64,000 nt of DNA, taken from contig JAWQFM010000001.1 in the NCBI GenBank assembly GCA_033442325.1, forward strand, positions 1,389,535 through 1,453,534, read 5' to 3'. Below the pieces are notes generated by a model. It was given only the letters and a program-made list of their open reading frames with translations. It had not been told where the DNA came from and did not search any database. This DNA comes from Salpingoeca rosetta (taxonomy: Eukaryota; Protista; Choanoflagellata). Within the stretch, counting starts at the first letter, position 1; every line of letters starts with the position of its first letter. A program made the position numbers and the translations under genes. This document shows, in pieces, positions 51,535-63,201 of the stretch.

Positions 51535-54500
51535 AACGCACCATTCGTCCTGTCTGTAGCCGAGGAGCTTGGTGTAGGCGCCTGGGCGGCCAACAAACTT
51601 GCCCTTGAAGAAGGCAATGTAGAAGATGGAGGCAAACGAGTTGACAAAGGAGAAGAGGAAGATCTTGGACGTCAGCGACCCTTCGTACTCAGACTCCTTC
51701 TGGTGGTTCTCCCAGTCGGTGAGGGTGACTGCAAGGCGGCCGTACACCTGGTTCATCAGCACAATGCCCGCCAAGTTGATCACACCAGCCGTCACAGCCG
51801 TGATTGTCGACGCTGAAGGCATGGACAACAAGAAACAACAGTGCCACAGTGTGTGAGATGGCGGCGGGAAACAATGTTGCCGAACAACTCATGCAGTGAT
51901 GAACACAAATGCAGACAGACACACACACACACACACAAACACACACAAACAAACAGAGACAAAGGCATAGGCACACACGCACGGGCAGGCACAGACGGAC
52001 AAAAACGGCGGACCTTGGGAGCCGTCGAGCTGAGCGGCGAGGGCGGCGCGGACGGCGATGCGGTAGACAATAACGGAGAACACAATGATGATGACGACTG
52101 CAAGCATCACAACCATGGTGGCAAAGCTGCCAACTTGCTTGACGGAGCGTTTGTAGCCTGGATAGTACTTCTCCTCCTTGCCCGTGACGGGATTCTTGCG
52201 CTTTGTTGTACCGCGGAACTGGGGCCGGTCACGCTCCTCCTCGGCAAAGTCGAGCACATCCCAGTCATAGCCGAGCTGCAATCGCGCGAATGACCGTGTG
52301 TGTGTGTGTGTGTGTGTGTGATTCATGTGTGTGTGCGCGTGTGATTCGTGCAGGTGCAGCACACTGTGTGTGTGTATGTGTACGACAAATGACTCCCGAG
52401 GGCAAGTCTGGCGCACCTCAGCGTTGCGGCGCTTCCAGAAGTCAATGAAGATGGACGCCCACACGGACATGAAGAACGCAAACGCAATTGTCGCCTCGTT
52501 GTCAAACCAGTATGACGCCTGCAACGACAGACGCATCAGGAGAAAAACACGTGCAGCAGTGTGCACATGGTGGTGAGTCATGACCCACAATGGCTCCCAG
52601 CGCACGGTGCAACTAATACATTCAAGCGAACGTCTCAAGACACCGCCCAACACGCGGTGATGCAACGTAAGGCCCACCCCACTTCTGCTTCCATGCTCGC
52701 TCACGCCACAATGAAATATCAACGATAACCGACCTGGTACATGTTGCACGCCTCGGTCAGGTTCCACCGCTCACAGCCCTCGTTGCACAGCGGGCACATC
52801 GTGAAGTTCGACTCGCACACATCAATTGCATCCTGTGCACGGCGGGTTGGGCGCCCAGAGGGAAGGACAGCGGGAGCAGCGGAGGTGGCGTGAGCGAGGG
52901 AGGCATGAATGTTGACACGGGACGCAGGTCAAATCCTCAAACCCCCACGCGCACGAGATGCAGACATGTACACCACAGCTTGGAACACACACACACACAC
53001 ACACACACTCTCTCAACCCGACCCAACACAAGGCAACCCAACATGGGTATTAGGGGACGTACGCGTTGCTGGCGATAGTTTGCAAGACCGTTGATGAAGA
53101 CGATGAAACCAAGGATACCGGGAACAAGGAGCGCATACGTGTAGAAGCCGAGCCAGGCAAAGTAGAGGCCTGAACACACGCACACACGTGCATGGGAGGC
53201 GTTGAAGGGCCATGAGTAACCGGGGATTCGCAGTTGACAACGACACACATCATAACTGTGACAACATATGTACACATACAATGTCCTGGTCCTGAACAGA
53301 GAGCATGGTGAGCAGCAGCAGCAGCGACGTACCAATCTTGACGCCAAAGTACTTTCTGATGAGGTCGTAGGGCTGGAAGATGAAGCAGAGCTTGAGCTGG
53401 CCCCACACCTCGTACAGCGTCTTGCGGTCGTTCACCTCGCGACCTGAGGCGAACACGTGTCACCATGGCGGGGCCAGCAAGCAAATCGGGTGAGGGGCAA
53501 TGCGAAAGGCGCCGGGATTCGTGCATACAAAGGTGCCGCGAACACACGCACACGACGCGTACCGGCTCACGGGTAACCACAGACAAACACCGACAAGCAC
53601 AAACAAATGTACTCATATGCACAGACACACACGCACGCAGAAAGACAGACACACACACACACATTTCCCCGCGCACACACACATAAATGCATGGACACAT
53701 GTGTGGCTTCAAGGCAGGAGCAGCCCACCCTTGTCGTATGGGTCCGGGTCATCGGGGTCGATCTTGTGCGGGCCGTCGTGGAGGGGAAAAGCAGCGGCGA
53801 AGGTGCCGTTGGTGAGCAGCTTCTTGATGCCAACCTGCGAGTCCTTGGCCCCGTACGGCACACGCGTCAGCTTCTCCCACACAAGCGAAGAGCGCTCGCC
53901 TTTGCAGTGTGTGACGCCGTGCAGATTTGAGTGGATGATGATGGTGTGGGTGTGGTACAGGGTGCGTGCGTGCGTGCGTGCGTGCGTGTGTGTGCGTGTG
54001 TGTAGGTGTGTGTAGGTGTGTGTAGGTGCGTGTGTGTGAGTGGGTGAGAGGAAAGATGCAAGTGCATGTGGGAAGTGAGGATGCAAAGGCACACGTGTGC
54101 AAGAGAGGGAGGCTGGGTGGGCGACTCACCGCTGGTGAAGAACTTGTCTTCGTCTTCGATGTTCTCAAATTGATCGCGGATGCACATGCGAAAGTCTGCA
54201 CTGAACGAGTCCGGCTCCTCCTCCACATCCGGCTGCAGGCGCCTGCTCGCCACGAACACGCACACACACACACACACACACACGTACAGGACAACATAGG
54301 CCAATAAGTAAGGCGGGCGCACAGATGTTTGTGTTTGCGGATGAAGTTAGCAGAGGTCTGTATGCGCGCGCGCGTGTGAGAGAGAGAGGGTGTGTGTCGC
54401 TTTGTATGATACGCACGTGAGGTACTGGGCCGGGCTGAGGGAAAGGAAGAGGCGGTCAGCAAACGACTTCTGCACCAGCAGCTCTTGCAGGTGCGACGAC

Positions 54501-55010
54501 GCCTACACCCGCACACGCACGCAGGCACATGACACGCGTGAGGGACACGATTGAGCATTTGGCAAGGGCAGTGCTGGCTGCAGCAGTTCCACACACAGGA
54601 GCAGACAGCCACACACAGGTACACGCAGACACAGACACACAAGGGCAATGCTAACAGCAGAAGGCGAGCACTGGCATGTGGTGCGGCGCGCAATTCACCT
54701 CAGGCTTAAGGGTCTTCTTGATCTTCGACTTCTCAGCCTCCTGCAGGAGCAGCTCAAACGGCGCGTGGACCTGGCACCCAGGGGGGAGTGATGATGATGA
54801 TGATGATGGTGGTGATGGCGGTGGTGGTGTTGTGATGAGGTGATAGAGGGTGGGGCGCACAGGAAACAAGACACAGTAGACATAACAGGACACAGAGGCA
54901 CGTAACCACCGGCAGCAGCTTTGATTTGATGCACACCTTGATGAAGAGGAGTTCGCCGTCAGGAGAGCACTCCGTCTCCAGCTCAAACCCTATAATTGTT
55001 GTCGTTGTCG

Positions 55011-55062
<52 letters not shown>

Positions 55063-55225
55063 CAGTTTTGCATGTTCACAACATCGCGCATCAAAACCAC
55101 TTCCGCCACTAACGCCGTACCGTCCCGCCACCACAGCATGCAGGGTGCGCACCGAGGTCGCGAAGGCTCTGCAGGAAGATGCCGCGCTTGCGAACTTGCT
55201 TCACCTCAGACGGATCGTCAGAGGT
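48874..55225 (-). CDS. Anoctamin/TMEM16 Ca2+-activated channel or scramblase, multi-exon; no clear start exon of its own
   Basis: [150 protein letters not shown]. Confidence 0.95.
50858..50958. repeat. (CAA)n repeat interrupted by CTTAAA (anoctamin intron)
   Basis: Same motif as 34944-35060. Confidence 0.9.
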
Positions 55226-55237
55226 CTGGCAACCAGC

Positions 55238-55282
<45 letters not shown>

Positions 55283-55341
55283 ACGTGAATATGGACATAC
55301 ATGATTCACAAGATATGACACACACACACACACACACACAC

Positions 55342-56018
55342 CTTAGAGAGCATGTTGAGCAGCTGGTCCCCGCGTCGCTTGACACCGCCCCGACACGCCC
55401 GAAACGCCTTGCGAATGTCGAGCCACTGATGCCTGCAGGCAACCAAGGGATGCATGGGCATGCGTTGTGTGTGCGTGCGTTTTGTGCAATGTGCGCATAT
55501 GCGTGCATATGCAGCGTGAAGAAAGTGCGTTGAGCGTTGGCAAGTCAGCAAAGGACTGTAGCTTCTCTTCCGTCGCTCGTCAGCCGTATGCGCACGTGCA
55601 AGCCACCACCAATTCTCTCCAACCACTCATCTGTGGGTGTGTTGGCCCTTACATGAGTGCTGGCGCAGGTACACTGCTGGCACGGCACTGCCACTGGAAG
55701 AAGTTGCGAAAGTCCCACGGGCTAACAAGAGTATTACGTGAGGGGTGTGGTTGGTCGTGTGTGGTTGGTCGTGTGTGGTTGGTCGTGTGTGGGTGTGAGA
55801 AGGAGAGCAAACTGGACAGGAGGGAGGAGGATGGAAGCGAGAGTCGGCGTGAGCATGAGAACAGCGGTGGATGCGAGGGATACAAGGAAGGTGGTGCCGT
55901 GAGAAGAAAACGACGAACACAGACATGTGAGGGAGAGCATTCATTACCCGTCAGATGCAAGTAGCAGCTTGTGGCCAGCGTCATGCGATCTGAATGAACA
56001 CAAGTGAATGGTGCGATG

Positions 56019-56076
<58 letters not shown>

Positions 56077-56214
56077 CATGCATGTGGGTCAATTGACGGT
56101 GGCAGGGCAAAGCGCAATCAATACAAGGTGCAACACAACACACTTCATTCGAAACCACCCACGCAACAGGGTGCATCCACAGGTCATACCCACTCACTCT
56201 CCATGCATCATCAG

Positions 56215-56290
<76 letters not shown>

Positions 56291-57629
56291 GTCACTGTGT
56301 ACACGTGCGGACCTGTACTTGTCGAGGATGGCCATGACCTGATCCAGGACATGTGGGAACTCGGCTGCGCTGTCAACGCTCTCCTGCCGTACACATCGCA
56401 GGTGTAGGTGGTATTCATGCGAGGGTTGTTTGAAAAGAGGACGCACACGTACATGCGTCTACGAACGTATGGGTGTGGGTGTGCCTGATGATGTGGCACC
56501 TTGTGTGCGTCGCGAACTGAAGCACACAAACACAGACACAGACGCAGACACACGCAGACACACACTGGCAGCCAGACAGACAGAACACACACATATATAC
56601 ACGCACACGCGTATGCGCAGGTGCACGTTAATACCTGCTTGATGCCAGTGAGTTGTGTGCAAAAGGGAGAGAGTATCGGGTTGAACACGGGACGGCAGTA
56701 GAACTGCTGCTTCTCAACCTGAGTGTGTGTGTATGTGTGTGTGTGTGTGTGGTCCATTCCAATGTCAGATGTCTTGAGGCAATGTGCTCACCACCGCAAC
56801 GTGAACGCAACGTGAACGCACGACACCACCTATCACGCGTCATCGCAAGCGTGAAACAAGTGCACGGCCAGTTCCCACGCGCACAGAACTGTACTCACAA
56901 TCTCTTTCCGGTGAACATCAATGATGACGAGGGGAAACTCGATAATCTCATGTGGGAAGTTGGCATCGTCCTCTTCACAGGTTGCCTCAAAGTCCACAAC
57001 GCAGATGAAGGTCGCGTCCTTGCCATGCTTCTTGGATAATCTGCACGTGCACCACAGCGACATTGTGCAGGTGATAGGCGAGGGCTGGAGCAACAGCAAA
57101 CACCACATCGCACCGCCTGCCACAAGCTTATTCCATTCCCCACACCCTGCGCCACCATCTCTTATTACCTGCTGCTGTCTTGGACTTGTTGTGGCTGTGG
57201 TTTCGTGATGCGTTTGTTGACGGCTTGCTTGAGGCGATCTCGCAAGGCCTTGGCTGATCCCTTTCGCTCCACCTTTAGCTCAGCTGCAGCATTCACCAGC
57301 TGTCCGTGGTTCATCTGATTGATCAGGCGTCTTGCGCTCCGCACAACACCACCACTCTGGCCGCCATTGCCGCTTCTGCCTTTGCTTCCGCTTCCGCTGC
57401 TGCTGCTGCTGGGGTTGTTGGCGTTCTTTCCTGCCGTCGCAGGCTTCTTCTTCACTGTGACCAGCTCCACCAGCTCGCTCACCACTCCTTTCTTCTTCTT
57501 CTTCCTCGTTTTCTTGTTCAACTGTGTCTTCTTTCCCGTCGCCCCTCTCTTCTCTTTCTCCTCATGACATGCCTCCTCTTCCTGCTGCTCGTGCTTCTCC
57601 TCCACCTGCTCTCCTCCAGCAGGGTGCAT
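55342..57629 (-). CDS. ERI1: ERI1-like 3'-5' exoribonuclease (SAP + DEDDh); ExoIII-motif exon not found
   Basis: SAP-like INQMNHGQL..AAAELKVERKGSAKALRDRLK; ExoI ICVVDFEATC..HEIIEFP; YCRPVFNPILSPFCTQLTGIKQESVDSA..FP.VL; ExoII ASDGPWDF; QWLDIRKAF; the sequence ends LLNMLSK at a splice donor. Start is ATG 57629 or 57647. Confidence 0.88.
56206..56289. repeat. (CAT)n microsatellite in an ERI1 intron
   Basis: Visible directly. Confidence 0.95.
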
Positions 57630-57810
57630 CACGGAGGCAGTGTGCATTGTCACAAAGCTGGCTGGAAAGAAGACCACAACAGCACAAAATAACCGCGCCG
57701 TTAACATCGCTGTTGGTTCTCGGCGCTGTTGGTGGTGCCTGCTTGCCTCCTTCCAGCTCTCCTCGCTTGACTTGCTTGCGTTTACTGGCGTGTTAACACC
57801 AAGGGGCACC

Positions 57811-58539
57811 ATGGGTGTGCCGGCGCGGCTGGTGTGGGGTGACGTCCACTTCCACGGGCTTGTGCTTCATGCTGGTGCAGCCGACGCGCCACAAGCCTCT
57901 GCGGCGCCCACGCCAACGACCAGAGCCAGTGAACGTGGTTCTGCGTCGCGACATGGTGAGGTGGTGGCGCCCTCCAAGTCACAGGCGGTGGCTTTGCCGT
58001 CTTCCAGGGACCCGCCACCTTCCCGGTGCTCAGCATCCGTCCTCTCATCGTCACTGGCAGCATCGACAGCAACAGCTGCGCCTGCGTCGCAGCTTGGCTC
58101 GTTTGCTCCAAAGCTGTCACGGATGCCTTCGGTGACACGATTGCGACGCACGCGCGATCCGCTCTTGGGGCTCACCCGGGCCTCGTTCATCTGTGAAGGC
58201 ATCATCACGCTTCACAGGTGGCAGCTTTCCTCCGTCGGCGCTCACTCGGGCACGATCACCGTTCCAGGCCCACAAACAACGGAGCGTCACAGTATCGCCA
58301 TGTCCACATCTTCTTCGGGCGGCACTCACGTCGAATCAGGCGCAAGCGAGCTTCCGCCAGAAGCGCCACCAGAGACGCAAGCGCTCATGCAATGGCTTGC
58401 CCAGTCTAGGTTTGTCCATGTGTGTTTTGTGTGTGTGCGTGTGCAAAGTGTGTGCTGTGTGTGTGTTGTGTGCTGTGTGTGTGTGTGAGTGTGTGTGTGA
58501 GTGTGTGTGTGAGTGTGTATGTGCGAAGTGTGTGTGTGC

Positions 58540-58588
<49 letters not shown>

Positions 58589-61500
58589 TGCGTGTCGTGT
58601 TTGTGGCGTGCGCGTAGCGTATGGACGGCAACCACACAACCATCATCACTCACATCCACGCATGACTCGCGTGTCATGTCCTTGTTCTCGCTTGCAATTG
58701 TCACCGTGTGCACATCAGATCCATCATGCTCGTGCATTGCCCACATGTGTCGAAGCGCTTCTGGGTACACGCCCCTTATGCCAACGCGTCCAACACCCTC
58801 TTCAATCTCCTGGTGTGTTGTGTTGTGCTGAGTTGTGTTGTGTTGTGTTGTGTTGTGTTGTGTTGTGTGCTTAGAATGTACTTGGTGTGTATGACAGTGG
58901 TGCGCTTGTACAAGTACCACACACACACACAGAGCTCGCAAACCGCGTCGCGCCTCACGCACATTCACACATGCATTCGTGACAGGAATACAAGCCGTGT
59001 TCGTTCTTGACGCAGGTGGTGATGGAGATGGAGATGTGCAAAAGTGCAAATCGACCATGGCAGCCAGGTGCGTTTAATACAAGCAGTGTTTCTGTGTGCG
59101 TGCGTGCGTGCGCGTGTGCGTGTGCGTGTGCGTGCGTGTGCGTGCGTGTGCGTGCGTGTGCGTGTGAATCGCTGTATCATGCGCGTCTTCCTTCTTTTTT
59201 CACCAGTTTTCACCCATTTACACCCCGCCCTTACCCTTCTTACGTCCATCATTCCAGACGCAGTGCACCTCGCCGCTGCCGTGGATATATGTGCAGCCGT
59301 TCCAGAGGCAAGCAGTAGCGACAGAGACAGCGACAACAACTGCAACAATGATGACAGTAACGACAACAACAGCAACAGCAATGAAGACCACACCAACGAC
59401 AGAGACAACAGCAGCAGACAGGGCAGTGGTGGTGCGAAGATGAAAAGCAGTAAGAGACACGCAAAGGCAACAGCACTCCGAACAAGGGGTGCTGCTGCCA
59501 CAACACCATCATCACCATCATCACCACCATCACCATCACCATCATCACCACCATCATCACCATCATCGTCACCACCTCTGCCATCACCACGGGTACGCAA
59601 GAAAGCTGTGCAAACGCTGGAGCATAAGTTGCGCTCGCTCGAAGCCACCGCAAATACACACACGCAGCAGATGCTGCAGCGGCGCGACATGCTGGATGAC
59701 ATCTTCAACGACGGGGATGAGGACGTGCCCTCGAAGAACACTGCAAAGGCCGTGTTCCCATGGCTCTCGCTCATGCCAGAGTGGCAGAACCTGCACCTCA
59801 GCCCGCCAAAACCGCGCACGTGTGCAACCACGCCCGTCAACCCACAGTCGGAGCTGGCGAATCTTGATCTGCTGCACGGCAAGAGCCTGTCCCTCACCTC
59901 CCCGTCGTCGCTGCGGGTGGCCACACGCACGCGCATGCACACGCGTGTCATGAACAGCAGGCACAGCGCCAGTAGCAGCCGCACCAGCAGCAGCAGCAGC
60001 AACATTAACATGGGGGTTGGCCACGCCACCCGCTCACGCACGCGCTCACGCACACGTCCGCAGTGGCGCGCGCAGCGCGTGCCGGTTGTGACGTCACCAT
60101 CCCCAGAGCAGGGCGCCAAAGGAAGGGTTGGGCACGTTGTTGAACGCGTGCATAATGCACTTGCAGACCTGCTGCGCGCGCCGCCGGCACCAGTCCCGCC
60201 ACCAAACCTGGACTTGATGGCGCAGTGCGACGACGACAACGACGACGATGACGACGACGACGATGATGGTAATGTTGATGGTGATGGCGCCACCACGGCG
60301 AAGACGAGGGCGGCGGTGAGCGGTGGTGATGGTGGGAGACCGGCACAGCGTGGCGGTGCGCAAAGGGAGACCGGCAGTTGCCCATCGCAAGGAGGTGTGG
60401 GGCGAGAGGGACAGCAGGGCAGCGTTGGTGGTGGAAGAAATGACGGTCGTAAGAGATCGCGCACACGGGTGCTGTCGTTGCATGATGGGCCAACAAGTCC
60501 GCTTGGACCGGATGAAATGTCCAGTATTGAAGCCTGCAGGTATGACTGGCAGCGGGAGCACGTGGAAGAGGGAAAGGGGGGCGTGAGTGAATGGCTGTGA
60601 TGGAGTTTGACAATTACTTGCACTGTTGTGATGTGTCTTGCTTCATCTCAGATGCTCACTACCGTGCGCCCACCACACCCACAACACGCGCCCACAACAC
60701 ACGCACGCAACACGCACACACGCAACACACGCACGCAACACATGCACACCCACATAACACGGTTGTTGGGACCCAGGCAAAGCTTTCTTTCGCAGCACGT
60801 GCTGCCGCAGTCCACGCACAACATCACGCGTCTGCTGAACAGGTCGTGCAACAGCGCAAGTGCCATCCAGTTGCGACAGCTGAGCTCAAAGTCCGACCGC
60901 AGTTCGCCGTCAACAACACACGCGTCATCGCCAGCGTCGGCAGATGCACCGACAGCTGCCACCTCCACCTCCACCGCTGCCGCTGTTGTGCAGTCGTTGC
61001 GGTCATCAATGTCACCGCCATCATCGTCGTCCACGCACTCACCACGCACCACAGGGACACGCACGCGTCTGGCTCGTGGTGGTAGCGGTGGCGGCGTTGG
61101 CGATGGTGACGGCAGCTTTGATCAGAGACGGAAGCGCAGGTCACGGCGACACGGTGGGGATGTGGCGAGCAAGCGGGCGAATGTGGTGACGCCTGGAGAT
61201 GGCTCCACAACGGCGCTGCTGTTGAGTCCAGCAAGCACCAGTCCGCACGACAGCCCGGCCCCGCTTCGCCGCCATCAGCCATCCACGGTGAGCGAACGGG
61301 TCATTCGAGGCCTGTGCTGGTTTGGTTTGGTTCGTTGTGGTTTGGTTTGTTTGTCTGTGTTTGTTTGTGCGTCTTTGTTGTGTGTTTGTTGCTTGTTTGC
61401 TTGTCTGTGTGCATTGTTTGTGTGTGTGTGTTTTGTGTATGTGTGTGCATTGTGTTTGTGTGTGTTTTGTGTATGTGTGTGTTTGTGTGCGTGTATGTGC

Positions 61501-62456
61501 GTGTTGGCTCCTTTGGTTTGCTTTGGTTTGGTTCCACATCTTCTGGCACGTGTACTCTGTGGTGTGTTTGCCATACAGTTGCGAGCGAGCAGCAGTACGT
61601 GCCCCCCTGTGTCGCTCCTTCTTCGCGCGCGCTGCGTACATCTCCCATCGTCACTCCTCACGGTGTATCGACCTTATCATTCCGTGCTGGTTCATCTGCA
61701 TGTTCCCACAGCGTCCACGAAACGGCGGCGGCGGTGCGCGTGGCGTCACAGGGGCCAGGGGCAGCACCCGTCGATACGACGCGGGCGTCCTTGATGACAG
61801 CGGCGTGAGCGGCGCACCTGGTGAGGGTGACGGTGATGGTGGCGATGGTGGCGATGGTGGTGGCGGTGTTGCAGATGTGTCGCCGCGTCGACGAATGCGT
61901 CGGGCACGGAGAGCGCGGCCACAGGCGGAGGTGGACGTGCAATCCATCTGGGAGAGCAACAAGCCAAGGCTCTGGGCTGTCATAAAGGTTCGTGCGGTGT
62001 GGTGCCGTGTGTGTAAATGTGTATATGTGTGTGTGTTGGATGGGTGTATGCGTACATGCTTGTACTTGTGCTCTTGTGTGTGGGTGTGTGTTCTTTGCAC
62101 AAGTTTGGAGGAAGCGTTTTGCGGGAGACTTGTGGATGGACAGACACGGATTGCACTCAAGGCGAACTAGTGTTGTTGGCTTTGGGTTTTGGGTGTTGGC
62201 TTGGTATTCGTTTCTCACGTGTATGTGCGCATCACAGAAACGGTTGAATGCAACGGATGCCCAGCGCAACGCTGTTCGCACGACATTGTACAAGGTACGG
62301 GGTCGCCAGGAGTTTTGCACGCTACGCACATGCACGCACACACAAACACATGTACATTTCTTGTTGCTTGTGTCATTGTTGTGAGTGCATTACAGCCTCC
62401 ACTGCAATGAGCGCATGCTTAGATGCCCACACCTGGTTTGTTTTGCGTGATTGTGA

Positions 62457-62496
<40 letters not shown>

Positions 62497-62661
62497 TAGT
62501 GGTGTTATGATGGGGCGATTGCGTGGATAACGAAGCACCAGCGTGCGCCTGCGACGGAAGACTTTGAGCAGCTCGTGCAGACGCAAATTGACATGGTCTG
62601 CCACATGGCAGCTTACTTCCAGCGCTGCGATGGCAACAGCAATTCCAATGGCTCGATATGA
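57811..62661 (+). CDS. Large, mostly low-complexity multi-exon protein with ordered N- and C-terminal domains; possible Sld7/MTBP-like
   Basis: In-phase exons at about 57811-58409, 58719-58812, 58875-58913, 59016-59067 and 59258-60539, then about 60796-61287, 61712-61987, 62103-62161, 62238-62294 and 62500-62661 (some central junctions unresolved). The gene is well supported; the identity is tentative. Confidence 0.7.
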
Positions 62662-63201
62662 ATGATTGTGTGTGTGTGTGTGTAAGTGCGACTGCGTGTG
62701 TGCGCGCGCGTGTGTGTGTATGCGTGTGTGTAACAACTGACCTGAATGAACCAAGCAGAAGAAGCGACAGCAGCCATCACAATGTGAGCGAGGCAGAAGG
62801 AACGAGGGCAGAGGAGAGCAGCGATCTGAAATGCAACTGTCACATGTGTTGTCACACACATCACAACATCATCACCAACACACAAACAACACACCCATCC
62901 ACACGCCAACCGCCCCATCTCAACCGCTCCCGACACGATAAATTAGATGGTTCCTGCTGACGACGATTGTTTCCACCACGCGCCGCAACAAGCAAAGCAA
63001 GCAAGCAAGCAAGACACACGCCGCTGCCCCTCCCTCCCCCTCGCAGCAGCAGCAGCAGGCACTCTCACCCACCGCTGCCGCCACGACTTGCTCTCTTGTG
63101 TTGTGCTGCACAGAGTATCTGTGGCTCAGTAGTTAGTTCGTTAGGTCCTTTGCTTTTGTGCTTATCTTGTTGCACACAAACACACAGACACACGTCCAGC
63201 C

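Noticed and set aside
58965-60623. 552-aa minus-strand ORF
   Set aside because: Antisense to the long plus-strand exon, which splices in frame with its neighbours.
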